From the NCBI GenBank assembly GCA_002306945.1, contig DBTH01000079.1, positions 476-45,542 on the forward strand: a stretch of 45,067 nt of DNA, in the 5' to 3' direction. The notes below the pieces were generated by a model. It saw nothing but the letters and a program-made list of their open reading frames with translations. It had not been told where the DNA came from and searched no databases. The position numbers were made by a program, and so were the translations under genes. The stretch comes from Candidatus Methylacidiphilaceae bacterium UBA1321. Lineage in GTDB: Bacteria; Verrucomicrobiota; Verrucomicrobiia; Methylacidiphilales; UBA1321. Shown one piece after another: positions 18,002-26,531 of the stretch. Each line of letters opens with the position of its first letter. Position 1 is the first letter of the stretch.

Positions 18002-18022
18002 ACAGGAAAAAAAACCAGTGTT

Positions 18023-19726
18023 TCAGCGAAGCGAATTTTCTCGTTCCTTGCGTTCAACCGATTGATGGGATTTCGGGGATTCCAGGAATTTCCGTCCGAG
18101 GGGCAAATTCCACGCGTCGTCGATTCCGACAGGCGAACGTCCCGGCCAGGAGTTCGCATCAAAGAGCGCCGCCGCCAGCGCCCGCAGGGTGTGTGGATTC
18201 GATGTGTAGGCGTTCACGTAAGTATCGGCCCAGGGCATCTCATAAATAAGATAAGGCGAGCCGAGGGAAATCACAACCGGAGCCATCGTCTCCAGACCTT
18301 GTATCGTCCAAAGACATTCCGCCGCCGCGCCAGTCGGACGCATGGTGTTTTTCCGGCCGTGAATCCAGCTCTCGAAAATCGCCAGCAGCGCATCGAAACG
18401 CTCCCCGGCGACTTCCCTTTTGCGCAAGTCGAGACAGTTGCCATTCACTTGCCATTCTACTTGAATCCCGCGCGCGTCCAGCGCCTCCAGCAACGGCTGC
18501 AACCGCTTGGCCGCATCCACCTCGCGCGGCGTCGCCAGCAGAATGAAAACGCGCTTCACGCGATCCGCGTCCAGTGGCAATCGACCCGCATTGTTTTTCA
18601 CCAAGGTCAAACTCCGCGCGGCGAGATCGTGCGCATAAGCCACCGCGCCGGGATTCGGAACCACCTCATCCGTTGTGCCGCATGTCAAGGGAGAGGCGAA
18701 TTGTTCCTGAGAACGTTTCATGGCCAGAATCCGCTCGACGCTGCCATTCAACCGTTCCTCTGTAATTCGCCCGTCGTTGAGCGCCTGCTCCATCAATTCG
18801 AAATAATCATCTCCTGGCCAAAGCATCACATCGATACCCGCATTAAACGCTTCGACCAGCAATTCCCGCCGCGTCGACGCCCGCCCCCGGAACCCGGCCA
18901 TGATGAGCGCATCGGAAACTACCACTCCTTCAAAACCCAGTCGCTCCCGCAGCAGCCCATCCAGAATTCGTTGAGACGTCGTTCCCGGCAACGGCGCGCC
19001 GCCGCAAGCCCGGCCCCGTTCCAACCACGGGAGCGCCACATGCCCGGCCATCACTGCGTGAACGCCCGCATCGAAACAGGCCCGGTAAACTTGTCCATAG
19101 GTCGCCAGCCATTCCTTTTCGGAAAGGGAATTCACGCTCAGACACAAATGTTGATCTCGCCAATCGACTCCGTCGCCGGGGAAATGCTTGGCCGTTGCGC
19201 TCAACCCGTGCTCCTGACAACCCCGGATCAACGCCGCTCCCAAGGCCGACACCTTCGCCGGAGATTCACCAAGGGCGCGGATATTGACCACCGGATTGAG
19301 CCAGTTGAAACAGAGATCGACCACTGGCCCAAACGTCCAGTTGAAACCCGCCGCGCGCGCTTCCAACGCCGTCCATTTGCCGTAATCGTAGGCGGCCCGT
19401 TCATCGTCAACTGCGCCCAGCGCCAGCAGATTCGGAAACTCCGTCAACCCGCGCACCGCGCCGCCAGCACCGTTTTCCAGATCGCCCGCAATCGAAAGCG
19501 GAACGCGACTGACCCGCTGACAGGAATTGATCAGCCGCTTTAATTGCTGCGCACGGTTTGAAGTCGACTGAATAATTTCGCTCCCCAGAAAAACGCTACC
19601 AACCGGACGTTCGCCGAAAAAAGCCTCCAGCCGATCCGGCTCCAGGGCCGTGACCTCGCGGCCGTGAATCTGGCAGGTCTGGCCGATTTTCTCGCGCCAG
19701 GAGAGAGAGGAAAGCGAAGGAATCAT
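18023..19726 (-). CDS. glycoside hydrolase family 3 (NagZ / beta-hexosaminidase- or beta-glucosidase-like), cytoplasmic
   Basis: GH3 N-terminal domain with KHFPGDG and DALIMAGF-type blocks, no signal peptide. The ATG at 19726 is preferred over the TTG at 19741, which overlaps the promoter motif. Confidence 0.85.
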   Translation of the reverse strand: MIPSLSSLSWREKIGQTCQIHGREVTALEPDRLEAFFGERPVGSVFLGSEIIQSTSNRAQQLKRLINSCQRVSRVPLSIAGDLENGAGGAVRGLTEFPNLLALGAVDDERAAYDYGKWTALEARAAGFNWTFGPVVDLCFNWLNPVVNIRALGESPAKVSALGAALIRGCQEHGLSATAKHFPGDGVDWRDQHLCLSVNSLSEKEWLATYGQVYRACFDAGVHAVMAGHVALPWLERGRACGGAPLPGTTSQRILDGLLRERLGFEGVVVSDALIMAGFRGRASTRRELLVEAFNAGIDVMLWPGDDYFELMEQALNDGRITEERLNGSVERILAMKRSQEQFASPLTCGTTDEVVPNPGAVAYAHDLAARSLTLVKNNAGRLPLDADRVKRVFILLATPREVDAAKRLQPLLEALDARGIQVEWQVNGNCLDLRKREVAGERFDALLAIFESWIHGRKNTMRPTGAAAECLWTIQGLETMAPVVISLGSPYLIYEMPWADTYVNAYTSNPHTLRALAAALFDANSWPGRSPVGIDDAWNLPLGRKFLESPKSHQSVERKERENSLR

Positions 19727-19738
19727 AGCTGTTTTCGA

Positions 19739-19750
19739 CAATCTGTTATA
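19739..19750 (-). promoter_or_regulatory. TATAACAGATTG motif (minus strand), 12 nt upstream of the GH3 ATG
   Basis: The plus strand reads caatctgttata. It forms an inverted pair with the copy at 19849-19860. Confidence 0.4.
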
Positions 19751-19848
19751 GTTCAGTATTCGACCTACAACAAACCTATATCATTCTAATTTAGGATATG
19801 CAATCGCAATTTTTGAGTTGCCAAGCTTTTTAAATCTGATATTTGTTT

Positions 19849-19860
19849 TATAACAGAATT
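19849..19860 (+). promoter_or_regulatory. TATAACAGAATT motif, 4 nt upstream of the 19865 ATG
   Basis: The first 9 nt are identical to the other copies. If the TATAAC part is a -10 box, the transcript would be nearly leaderless. Confidence 0.4.
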
Positions 19861-19864
19861 AACC

Positions 19865-21769
19865 ATGCACTCCTTCTCTCTTCTTTATCGGCACGGGCTG
19901 CTTCAGGGCCTGCTTCTCTGCTCTTTGACTTTGATTATTTCCGCCAGTGCGGAGACCGTCTGGTGGGAAGCCGAGGATGCCAAGGACACGTCCATGCCCG
20001 TCGTCAACGCTTCCGAAGAAACCATCTCCGGTGGGCGCTGGCTCTACGGCAAAGTCCAGTCCGAGTTACACGCCACTTATGAAGTCAAGGTCACCGACGG
20101 CGGTCGTTATTCGTTTTATCTACGCCGTTACTGGCTCCACGGCTCTTTCCGCTGGCGTTTCGATTCCGACGAATGGGCCGTCGTGGAAACGCAGAAAATG
20201 ACCATACTCGACAAGAAAGAGAGTCAGCTCGGACCGATGTATTGGGTCGACCTCGGTTATGTGAACCTCAAGCCCGGTGCACACACCCTTGAAATCGAAA
20301 TACTCCCGGACAGTCCCTACGCTTACAACAAGGTCTATGGCTTCGATTGCTTTGTCCTGAGCAACGACGGTTTCGTCCCTCTCGGAGTCAGTCACGAGGG
20401 AGGCCCCCGCTCCGCAGCGGCTGGCAACGCCGCCAGGAACGAAGCGGAATTCGGAAAGTTTCTGCCACGCACGATGTCGCTCCTGTCGTCAAGCACGGCG
20501 GAACAACGCCAGGTCGTGACAATTTTATTCTACGGTCAATCCATCGTGGCCAACTGCCACATTGATCTCGAACTGAGCAAATTCCTGCGCGCGCGCTATC
20601 CGAATGCGATCATCCAATTCAAGAATCTCGCCATCGGCGGTTATCAGGCTCCAATTCTCCGCAAGACCGCCTGGCAGGACATGTATCCGCTCAACCCGGA
20701 TCTCATCGTCTTCCATGTCTACGGCGGGGAAAGCACCGGAGAGATGGAGGAAATCTTCAAGACGATCCGCGAAAACATGACCGCCGAAGTCATCACCTGG
20801 ACTCACCACGTCGACAATTTCGGCACCGGCATCGACGAACAACGAGACGTCGCGTGCGAGGCGATGAAAAAACTCGCCGCCAAATACGGCTTCGAACTCG
20901 CCGACGCCCGCACGCTCTGGAAGGAGCGACTCAAGGAAACCCACCTCGACCCGCAGACCTTTCTCGTCGACCAAATCCACCTCAACACCAAAGGCACCGC
21001 ACTCCTTCTCGAAAGCCTCTCGCCCCACTTCATCACCAATCCGAACGCCAACCCAGACAGTTTGAACCGGGTCAAAGTCCTTCCGCTTTCTCAACCCACC
21101 CCACAAGTCAGCTTCGATTCCTCGGCGTGGAACGCCAGCCCCGCCGGGCTGACCTCCAATGGGATCAAGCCGCTGCGCATTGAATTCACCGGCAACCGGC
21201 TCGACCTGGTTCCCGTTTCCGGCAGCACCGGCACAGCCAAAATTCTTCTCGACGGCAAGACCCCCTCCTCCCAACGCACCACCCTCGCCGTCAGCCGTTC
21301 GACCCTCGCCCCCGGTTCCTGGTGGCCAGCCATCACGCAAGTCAACCTCGCCGACAACACCGTTGCCGAAAAAATCACAATGACCTTTCACAATATCAGC
21401 CCGGACGGCAACGCCTTCACCTTCGACGTAACCGGTTCCGTCTCCGGCGGCGAAGGCAACGGCAAATCCGGGACCGACTTCACCGCGAAATCGGGACATT
21501 TCAGCATCAAGGCCGACGACATCGCCCTGGCCAGCGTCAAAAAAACCCTCAAAAAAGATCTGCCGACCGAACTCACCGTCGAATGGGAAATCTACTCGAT
21601 GAGCCGCGATCTGTGGCCCGCCGCGAGACCCGGCACCGCCAACCTCGTTCTCCCCGTCACCGCCGTCCGCACTTGGGCCGGGGGCAAACACACCGTCGAG
21701 ATTGTCCCCAACGGGGACGGTCCCGTCGGATTGAAAGAGGCCCGAATTTTTTCACCAAATCCTCTGTAG
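19865..21769 (+). CDS. secreted multidomain protein: CBM-like domain plus SGNH-type (GQS) esterase domain plus C-terminal beta-rich domain
   Basis: Signal peptide LLQGLLLCSLTLIISASA. The N-terminal domain is paralogous to the 15392-15955 protein. The central block ILFYGQSIV...VFHVYGGE...DQIHLN has an SGNH-like Ser block and a D-x-x-H block. I could not assign the C-terminal ~240 aa. Confidence 0.75.
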   Translation: MHSFSLLYRHGLLQGLLLCSLTLIISASAETVWWEAEDAKDTSMPVVNASEETISGGRWLYGKVQSELHATYEVKVTDGGRYSFYLRRYWLHGSFRWRFDSDEWAVVETQKMTILDKKESQLGPMYWVDLGYVNLKPGAHTLEIEILPDSPYAYNKVYGFDCFVLSNDGFVPLGVSHEGGPRSAAAGNAARNEAEFGKFLPRTMSLLSSSTAEQRQVVTILFYGQSIVANCHIDLELSKFLRARYPNAIIQFKNLAIGGYQAPILRKTAWQDMYPLNPDLIVFHVYGGESTGEMEEIFKTIRENMTAEVITWTHHVDNFGTGIDEQRDVACEAMKKLAAKYGFELADARTLWKERLKETHLDPQTFLVDQIHLNTKGTALLLESLSPHFITNPNANPDSLNRVKVLPLSQPTPQVSFDSSAWNASPAGLTSNGIKPLRIEFTGNRLDLVPVSGSTGTAKILLDGKTPSSQRTTLAVSRSTLAPGSWWPAITQVNLADNTVAEKITMTFHNISPDGNAFTFDVTGSVSGGEGNGKSGTDFTAKSGHFSIKADDIALASVKKTLKKDLPTELTVEWEIYSMSRDLWPAARPGTANLVLPVTAVRTWAGGKHTVEIVPNGDGPVGLKEARIFSPNPL

Positions 21770-21781
21770 AATTTTAAAGCA

Positions 21782-23269
21782 ATGGCTACTATACGCTTCA
21801 TGGCACAGAACCCCGACTCCAGCCCCATCTCCCCGGAAGAGATTCTAGCGGCCCTGTCGACCAAGGCGCGACAATTGGAAGGATTGCGCACCACCGACAT
21901 CAAATACCCCACCCTGCGCCGCATCCTGATCTCCGCCATCCAGGAAATGCCCGCCGACACGCGACTGCCCGGCATCCGCGACCTGGCCGATTGCCTCGGC
22001 ATCTCGCTGGTCACCGTCCAGAAAACCATTTCCAAGCTCGTCGCCGAGGGCGTCCTCTACAGCAAACCCCGCTCCGGCGTCTTCGTCCTCAATCCGCAAC
22101 AGGCCAAAAACGGCGCCGCCGCTCCGGCCCTCTCCGAGGAACCGCCCGTTCCCCAACATCCCTTCCGCGCGCTCTTCACCTTCGGCACCGACAGCCGCGC
22201 GCCATTCCAGAAAAAGTTCTGGGAAAAAATCGCCAACCGCTTCTGCCAGCAATATCCCAATACCGAAATCGAAATCCACTTCGACAACGAACCCTCCGCC
22301 TCGCAACAACCCCTCGACGTCTACGAACGCTACGACTGGACCCAGCACGGCAGCGACGAACGCGAAGGCCTGCTCGACTCCGCCGCCTTCAACAATAATC
22401 TCCTCTCTGCGCGCTACGCCGACGGACGACTTGTTCCGCTCTACTACCGCACCTATTTTCTCTTCTACAACAACACCCTGCTCGAACAACTCCACATCCC
22501 CCGCCCCGAATACCGCACCTTTGCGGAACAATCGGCCTACTTCACCGGCATCGCCTCGCGCCTGACCCGCGCCGGACACAATCCCCGTCCCTACTCCATC
22601 CAGGAACCGGTCACGCTCCTGGGCGGATGGGCACGCCAATTCTGTTCGCTATTCGAAACCTCCTCGGTCGACGCAGGCAAAAAGAAACAACTCGTCACCG
22701 CCCTCGACCAACTCGTCAGCTATTGCCAGATCTGCCGCTACTATCTCAAGGGCTTCAGCCCCGACGACTGGATTCACGCGCGCAAGGAATTCCTCGCCGG
22801 CAAGTCCCTCTTCTTCCTCGGCTACAGCGTCGACTACTGGGAATTCACCCGCAAGAAACTCCCCTTCGACGTCGTCGCCTATCCCACCCTCTGCGTCGAC
22901 AACACCTTCTTCCTCTGGACCCGCGCCGGGGCCGTCTCGAAACAATCCGAACACCCGGTCGAAAGCATCAACTTCCTCTCCTTCCTGCTAGACGAAGAGA
23001 TCCAGACCGAATTCGCCTCAACGGGCAATTACGGTGCCAAGCTCGGCCCGGATTTTCAACCGCCGATGGACGTCGATCCCAAGTGGACGCAGCAAGTCCT
23101 GAAAAAGTCCGCCCCGCTCCTCCTGCCGGTTCGAGAGCAACACTACCTCACCATCAATATTCTCGGTGGAGAAATCTGGCGCAGCCTCATCCAGAAAACG
23201 ACCGGAGAGGAAATCCTCGAACGCTCGTTGCAACTGGGTCAGGCCTATCTGCGCAACCGATCCCGGTAA
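21782..23269 (+). CDS. GntR-type winged-HTH regulator fused to an extracellular-solute-binding-protein-like domain
   Basis: N-terminus LPGIRDLADCLGISLVTVQKTISKLVAEGVLYSKPRSGVFV is a GntR HTH. The remaining ~390 aa resemble family-1 sugar SBPs (WEKIANRFCQQYPNTEIEI, ...GKSLFFLGYSVDYW...). Confidence 0.7.
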   Translation: MATIRFMAQNPDSSPISPEEILAALSTKARQLEGLRTTDIKYPTLRRILISAIQEMPADTRLPGIRDLADCLGISLVTVQKTISKLVAEGVLYSKPRSGVFVLNPQQAKNGAAAPALSEEPPVPQHPFRALFTFGTDSRAPFQKKFWEKIANRFCQQYPNTEIEIHFDNEPSASQQPLDVYERYDWTQHGSDEREGLLDSAAFNNNLLSARYADGRLVPLYYRTYFLFYNNTLLEQLHIPRPEYRTFAEQSAYFTGIASRLTRAGHNPRPYSIQEPVTLLGGWARQFCSLFETSSVDAGKKKQLVTALDQLVSYCQICRYYLKGFSPDDWIHARKEFLAGKSLFFLGYSVDYWEFTRKKLPFDVVAYPTLCVDNTFFLWTRAGAVSKQSEHPVESINFLSFLLDEEIQTEFASTGNYGAKLGPDFQPPMDVDPKWTQQVLKKSAPLLLPVREQHYLTINILGGEIWRSLIQKTTGEEILERSLQLGQAYLRNRSR

Positions 23270-23282
23270 GAGATTGAGCGTT

Positions 23283-25205
23283 TTACTTCAGGCTCCAGCG
23301 CCGGAACGCCTCAATGGCTTCGTACTCGGCAAGTCCAAGGCGATTGTAGCTCTCGGCCGTCGTTCGATTGATCGCCTCGGCCTGCTGCCAGCTTTCTCGA
23401 TGGCCAGAGGTGCGGATTGGATGCTGGCTGCGCTGGGACTGATGCTGATAAATGCCCTGTATCTTGTTCGCCAATTCATCGGGGCTCAACGGCACCGCCA
23501 TCTCGATCTCGTTGACGTCCCATTCGCTGCCGCTGCCGCGATAGAGCCAGACGCGGCATTCCCGCGTCCAGGCCTCACCCGCAAGCGATTCGAATGCCTG
23601 CCGGAATAAATCGAAACAAATGCCCTGCACCGAACTCGGCTCGGCGAGATTGCCGGTAATAAAGATCTGATCGGGGCGCACCTCCTTGAGCAAAGCGGCG
23701 ATCCGCTCCCGGTCGTTGGCCCGCGGTGAAAACTGCCGGTAGTGACCGTTCTCGTAAAACGGCAGATCGAGAAAACGGATGTTATCTCCGGGCAATCCGC
23801 AGATCCGGCAGGCCGAGCGCGATTCGCTTCGTCGCACCAGGCGCTTCAAGCGGCGCACGTCGGGCGTGTCGTTGTCGAAAGTTTTTTTCGCGGCCAATTG
23901 CTCCCGCACACTGCCCGCAAATTGCGCATCCGCACCGCCGCCGTCCGCGGCCAGTTCCCCGGCCATTTCCAGCATCAGCTCGACCGAACGCAGCACCTCC
24001 GAGTCCGGCACCGCCAGATTGCCCGATGCCACATAGGCCACCGTCACCCGGTGCCCTTGCTTGACCAACCGGCTCAATGTGCCACCCATGTAGAGAACGT
24101 CGTCCTGAGGCTCGGGGCTGAGCACCAACACCTGTTTGGGAAAAGGACGCGCCCGCTCGGGCCGGAAAGAATCGTCCGCGTCGGGCTTTCCACCCGGCCA
24201 GCCCGTAATCGTATGCTGGAGCTGATTAAAAATCCGGATATTCAAATCGTACGCAGGGCCCTGACTCGTCAGCAGGCCCGCCATGCCGTGCTCGCTGTAC
24301 TCCTCGTCGGTGAGTTTCAGGATCGGCTTCTTGACCGTCTCCGCCAGCCACAACACCGCCTTGTGCGTGACCGATTCACTCCATTTGACTTCACCGACCT
24401 TCCAGGGGCGTTTGATCCGGGTCAGCTCCGCAGCCGCCGCCCCGTCTATTACAAACTGCGCGTCAGCATGATCCTGTAAAAAGCTGGCTGGGACACTCTC
24501 CACCGGAACGCCCTCGACCGCGCGTGCCACGATCGACGCCTTCGCATCGCCCCACGCCAACAGCCGAACCCGCCGCGCTTCCAGAATCGTTCCCACACCC
24601 ATCGTCACCGCGTAGCGCGGCACATTGACCTCGCCCAGGAAATCGCGGGCCGCATCATGCCGGGTCAGGCTGTCCAACGTCACCAGCCGCGTGCGCGAAT
24701 CCTTCGACGAACCCGGCTCGTTGAAGCCGATATGCCCGGTTCGGCCGATGCCCAGGATTTGCAAATCGATCCCGCCCGACTCCCGGATTTGTTCCTCGTA
24801 TTCCTGGCAATGCCCATACGCGGCGGAACGCTCCACCATGCCGTCGGGAATGTGAATGTGGTCGGCCGGAATATCGATGTGCGCAAAGAATTGCTGCTGC
24901 ATGAAGCGGTGATAACTCTGCGCATGCTCGCGCGGCAGACCGAAATACTCGTCGAGATTGAATGTGTGGACGTTGGCGAAACTCAACCCCTCCTCGCGAT
25001 GCAGCCGGATCAATTCCCGGTAGAGCGGAACCGGAGTCGAACCGGTAGCCAGGCCCAACACCGCCGGTTTACCCTCCTGCACACGGGCACGGATCAAATC
25101 GGAAATCTCCCGCGCCAGATCGGTGCAGGCGTCAGCGGCCTTGGGATAGATGGAAGTGCGGATGCGCTCCAATTGTTCGGCTTCAGTGCGCTTGGGAATT
25201 TTCAT
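23283..25205 (-). CDS. nagB: long-form glucosamine-6-phosphate deaminase (NagB domain plus C-terminal LmbE/PIG-L-like domain)
   Basis: The N-terminal ~260 aa carry NagB blocks (VLGLATGSTPVPLY, FNLDEYFGL, LQILGIGRTGHIGFNEPGS). The C-terminal half begins VLVLSPEPQDDVLYMGGTL, which resembles the LmbE/PIG-L AHPDDE...GGT block. Confidence 0.85.
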   Translation of the reverse strand: MKIPKRTEAEQLERIRTSIYPKAADACTDLAREISDLIRARVQEGKPAVLGLATGSTPVPLYRELIRLHREEGLSFANVHTFNLDEYFGLPREHAQSYHRFMQQQFFAHIDIPADHIHIPDGMVERSAAYGHCQEYEEQIRESGGIDLQILGIGRTGHIGFNEPGSSKDSRTRLVTLDSLTRHDAARDFLGEVNVPRYAVTMGVGTILEARRVRLLAWGDAKASIVARAVEGVPVESVPASFLQDHADAQFVIDGAAAAELTRIKRPWKVGEVKWSESVTHKAVLWLAETVKKPILKLTDEEYSEHGMAGLLTSQGPAYDLNIRIFNQLQHTITGWPGGKPDADDSFRPERARPFPKQVLVLSPEPQDDVLYMGGTLSRLVKQGHRVTVAYVASGNLAVPDSEVLRSVELMLEMAGELAADGGGADAQFAGSVREQLAAKKTFDNDTPDVRRLKRLVRRSESRSACRICGLPGDNIRFLDLPFYENGHYRQFSPRANDRERIAALLKEVRPDQIFITGNLAEPSSVQGICFDLFRQAFESLAGEAWTRECRVWLYRGSGSEWDVNEIEMAVPLSPDELANKIQGIYQHQSQRSQHPIRTSGHRESWQQAEAINRTTAESYNRLGLAEYEAIEAFRRWSLK

Positions 25206-25230
25206 GGAAAATGAACCTCACTCTTTCAAT

Positions 25231-26394
25231 TCAACTTACTTCAATACCGAGTTCGCGCCAGACCGGGATCAAGTCAATGACACGGCCCTGCGCGAGCGCC
25301 TGATCGACCCCGAAAGCCGCCACGCACGAGCGTAACCCCTCCGCCACTCCCGCCAACGGCTTCGCACCGTTGCGCAGGGTCTGCGCCAATCCCGCCGCCA
25401 TGTGCTCGTCGCCCCCGGCATGACCTCCCTCGTCTTTCAATTTCAACCGCTCGATCTTCGTTTCGTGGCCGATCCGTTTCCACTCGATCAGTCCCTCAAT
25501 GGCATTGGCCCGGATGGTTCCTTCACTGCCGCAGAGATAAAAACGGCGCTCGGGAATCGCGGTATTGCAATTGGTATGAAAAGTCGCATGCACGCCATTG
25601 GCATATTCGAGAATCACCACCTGGTTATCCACAATATCGGCCCCTTGCGAAAAAGGATTAACCCGATGCGGGTCGGGCCACCCGCAATACGCAGCATTCC
25701 CCTTCCCATCCGCTCCCAGTCGTGCCATGTGATGCTCGTTTTTAGAAATGAAAAAGTTCCTCCCGCCAAAACTGGCAACACGCACCGGAAGACTGCCGCT
25801 CATCCAATTGGCCAGATCAATGTCGTGACAACACTTCTCCAGCAGATGCGAACCGGCCAGCTTCATCTGACGCCGCCAGTTGCCGAAAATATAGCCGCCG
25901 TGATTAAAGCCGAGAGTCTCGTTAAACTCGAACGAGATCAATTCCCCAATGGCTCCCGAGTCCAAAAGCTTGTGCACGTTTTGATAAATCTCCGCGTAGC
26001 GCAATACCAGCCCCAACGCAAAGACACGTCCGCTCTTGTCTGCCGCGTCCCGAATGGCAATGCAATCCTCCAGCGAGGTCGCCAGCGGTTTTTCGCAAAA
26101 GACATCCTTGCCCGCGCGCAGGGCCGCCACGGCCTGTTCGCTGTGCCTATAGTTGGGTGATCCGATGAACACCCAGCCAATCGAATCCAGGGCAACCAAC
26201 TCCTCGACGGACTGGCAGACGACCGGAGTCGTCCCGAACTCTTTTTTCATTGCCTCGATGGAGACCGGGTCGGGATCATAGAATGCCGCCACCTTGATCC
26301 GGTGATCCGCCGCGCATAAATTTTTCACCACATGCCGCAGTCTGCCACCAGTGCCAATCAATCCCAGGCTCACCGTATCGCCAATACCTGTCAT
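25231..26394 (-). CDS. Gfo/Idh/MocA-family NAD(P)-dependent oxidoreductase
   Basis: Rossmann N-terminus LGLIGTGGRLRHVV, an EKP motif (FCEKPLA) and the typical C-terminal alpha/beta dimerisation domain. Confidence 0.85.
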   Translation of the reverse strand: MTGIGDTVSLGLIGTGGRLRHVVKNLCAADHRIKVAAFYDPDPVSIEAMKKEFGTTPVVCQSVEELVALDSIGWVFIGSPNYRHSEQAVAALRAGKDVFCEKPLATSLEDCIAIRDAADKSGRVFALGLVLRYAEIYQNVHKLLDSGAIGELISFEFNETLGFNHGGYIFGNWRRQMKLAGSHLLEKCCHDIDLANWMSGSLPVRVASFGGRNFFISKNEHHMARLGADGKGNAAYCGWPDPHRVNPFSQGADIVDNQVVILEYANGVHATFHTNCNTAIPERRFYLCGSEGTIRANAIEGLIEWKRIGHETKIERLKLKDEGGHAGGDEHMAAGLAQTLRNGAKPLAGVAEGLRSCVAAFGVDQALAQGRVIDLIPVWRELGIEVS

Positions 26395-26531
26395 ATTTTA
26401 TTCCGTCTCGTCTTGTTTCATCCAAATTAGTCTTTGGTCTCAAAATCGAAACTGTATTCTTTTTGCATATTTAATCTTTAATTTTGCAAATCCGATTGCA
26501 TCCTGACTGAAATAACCACCCCCCCAAGCCC

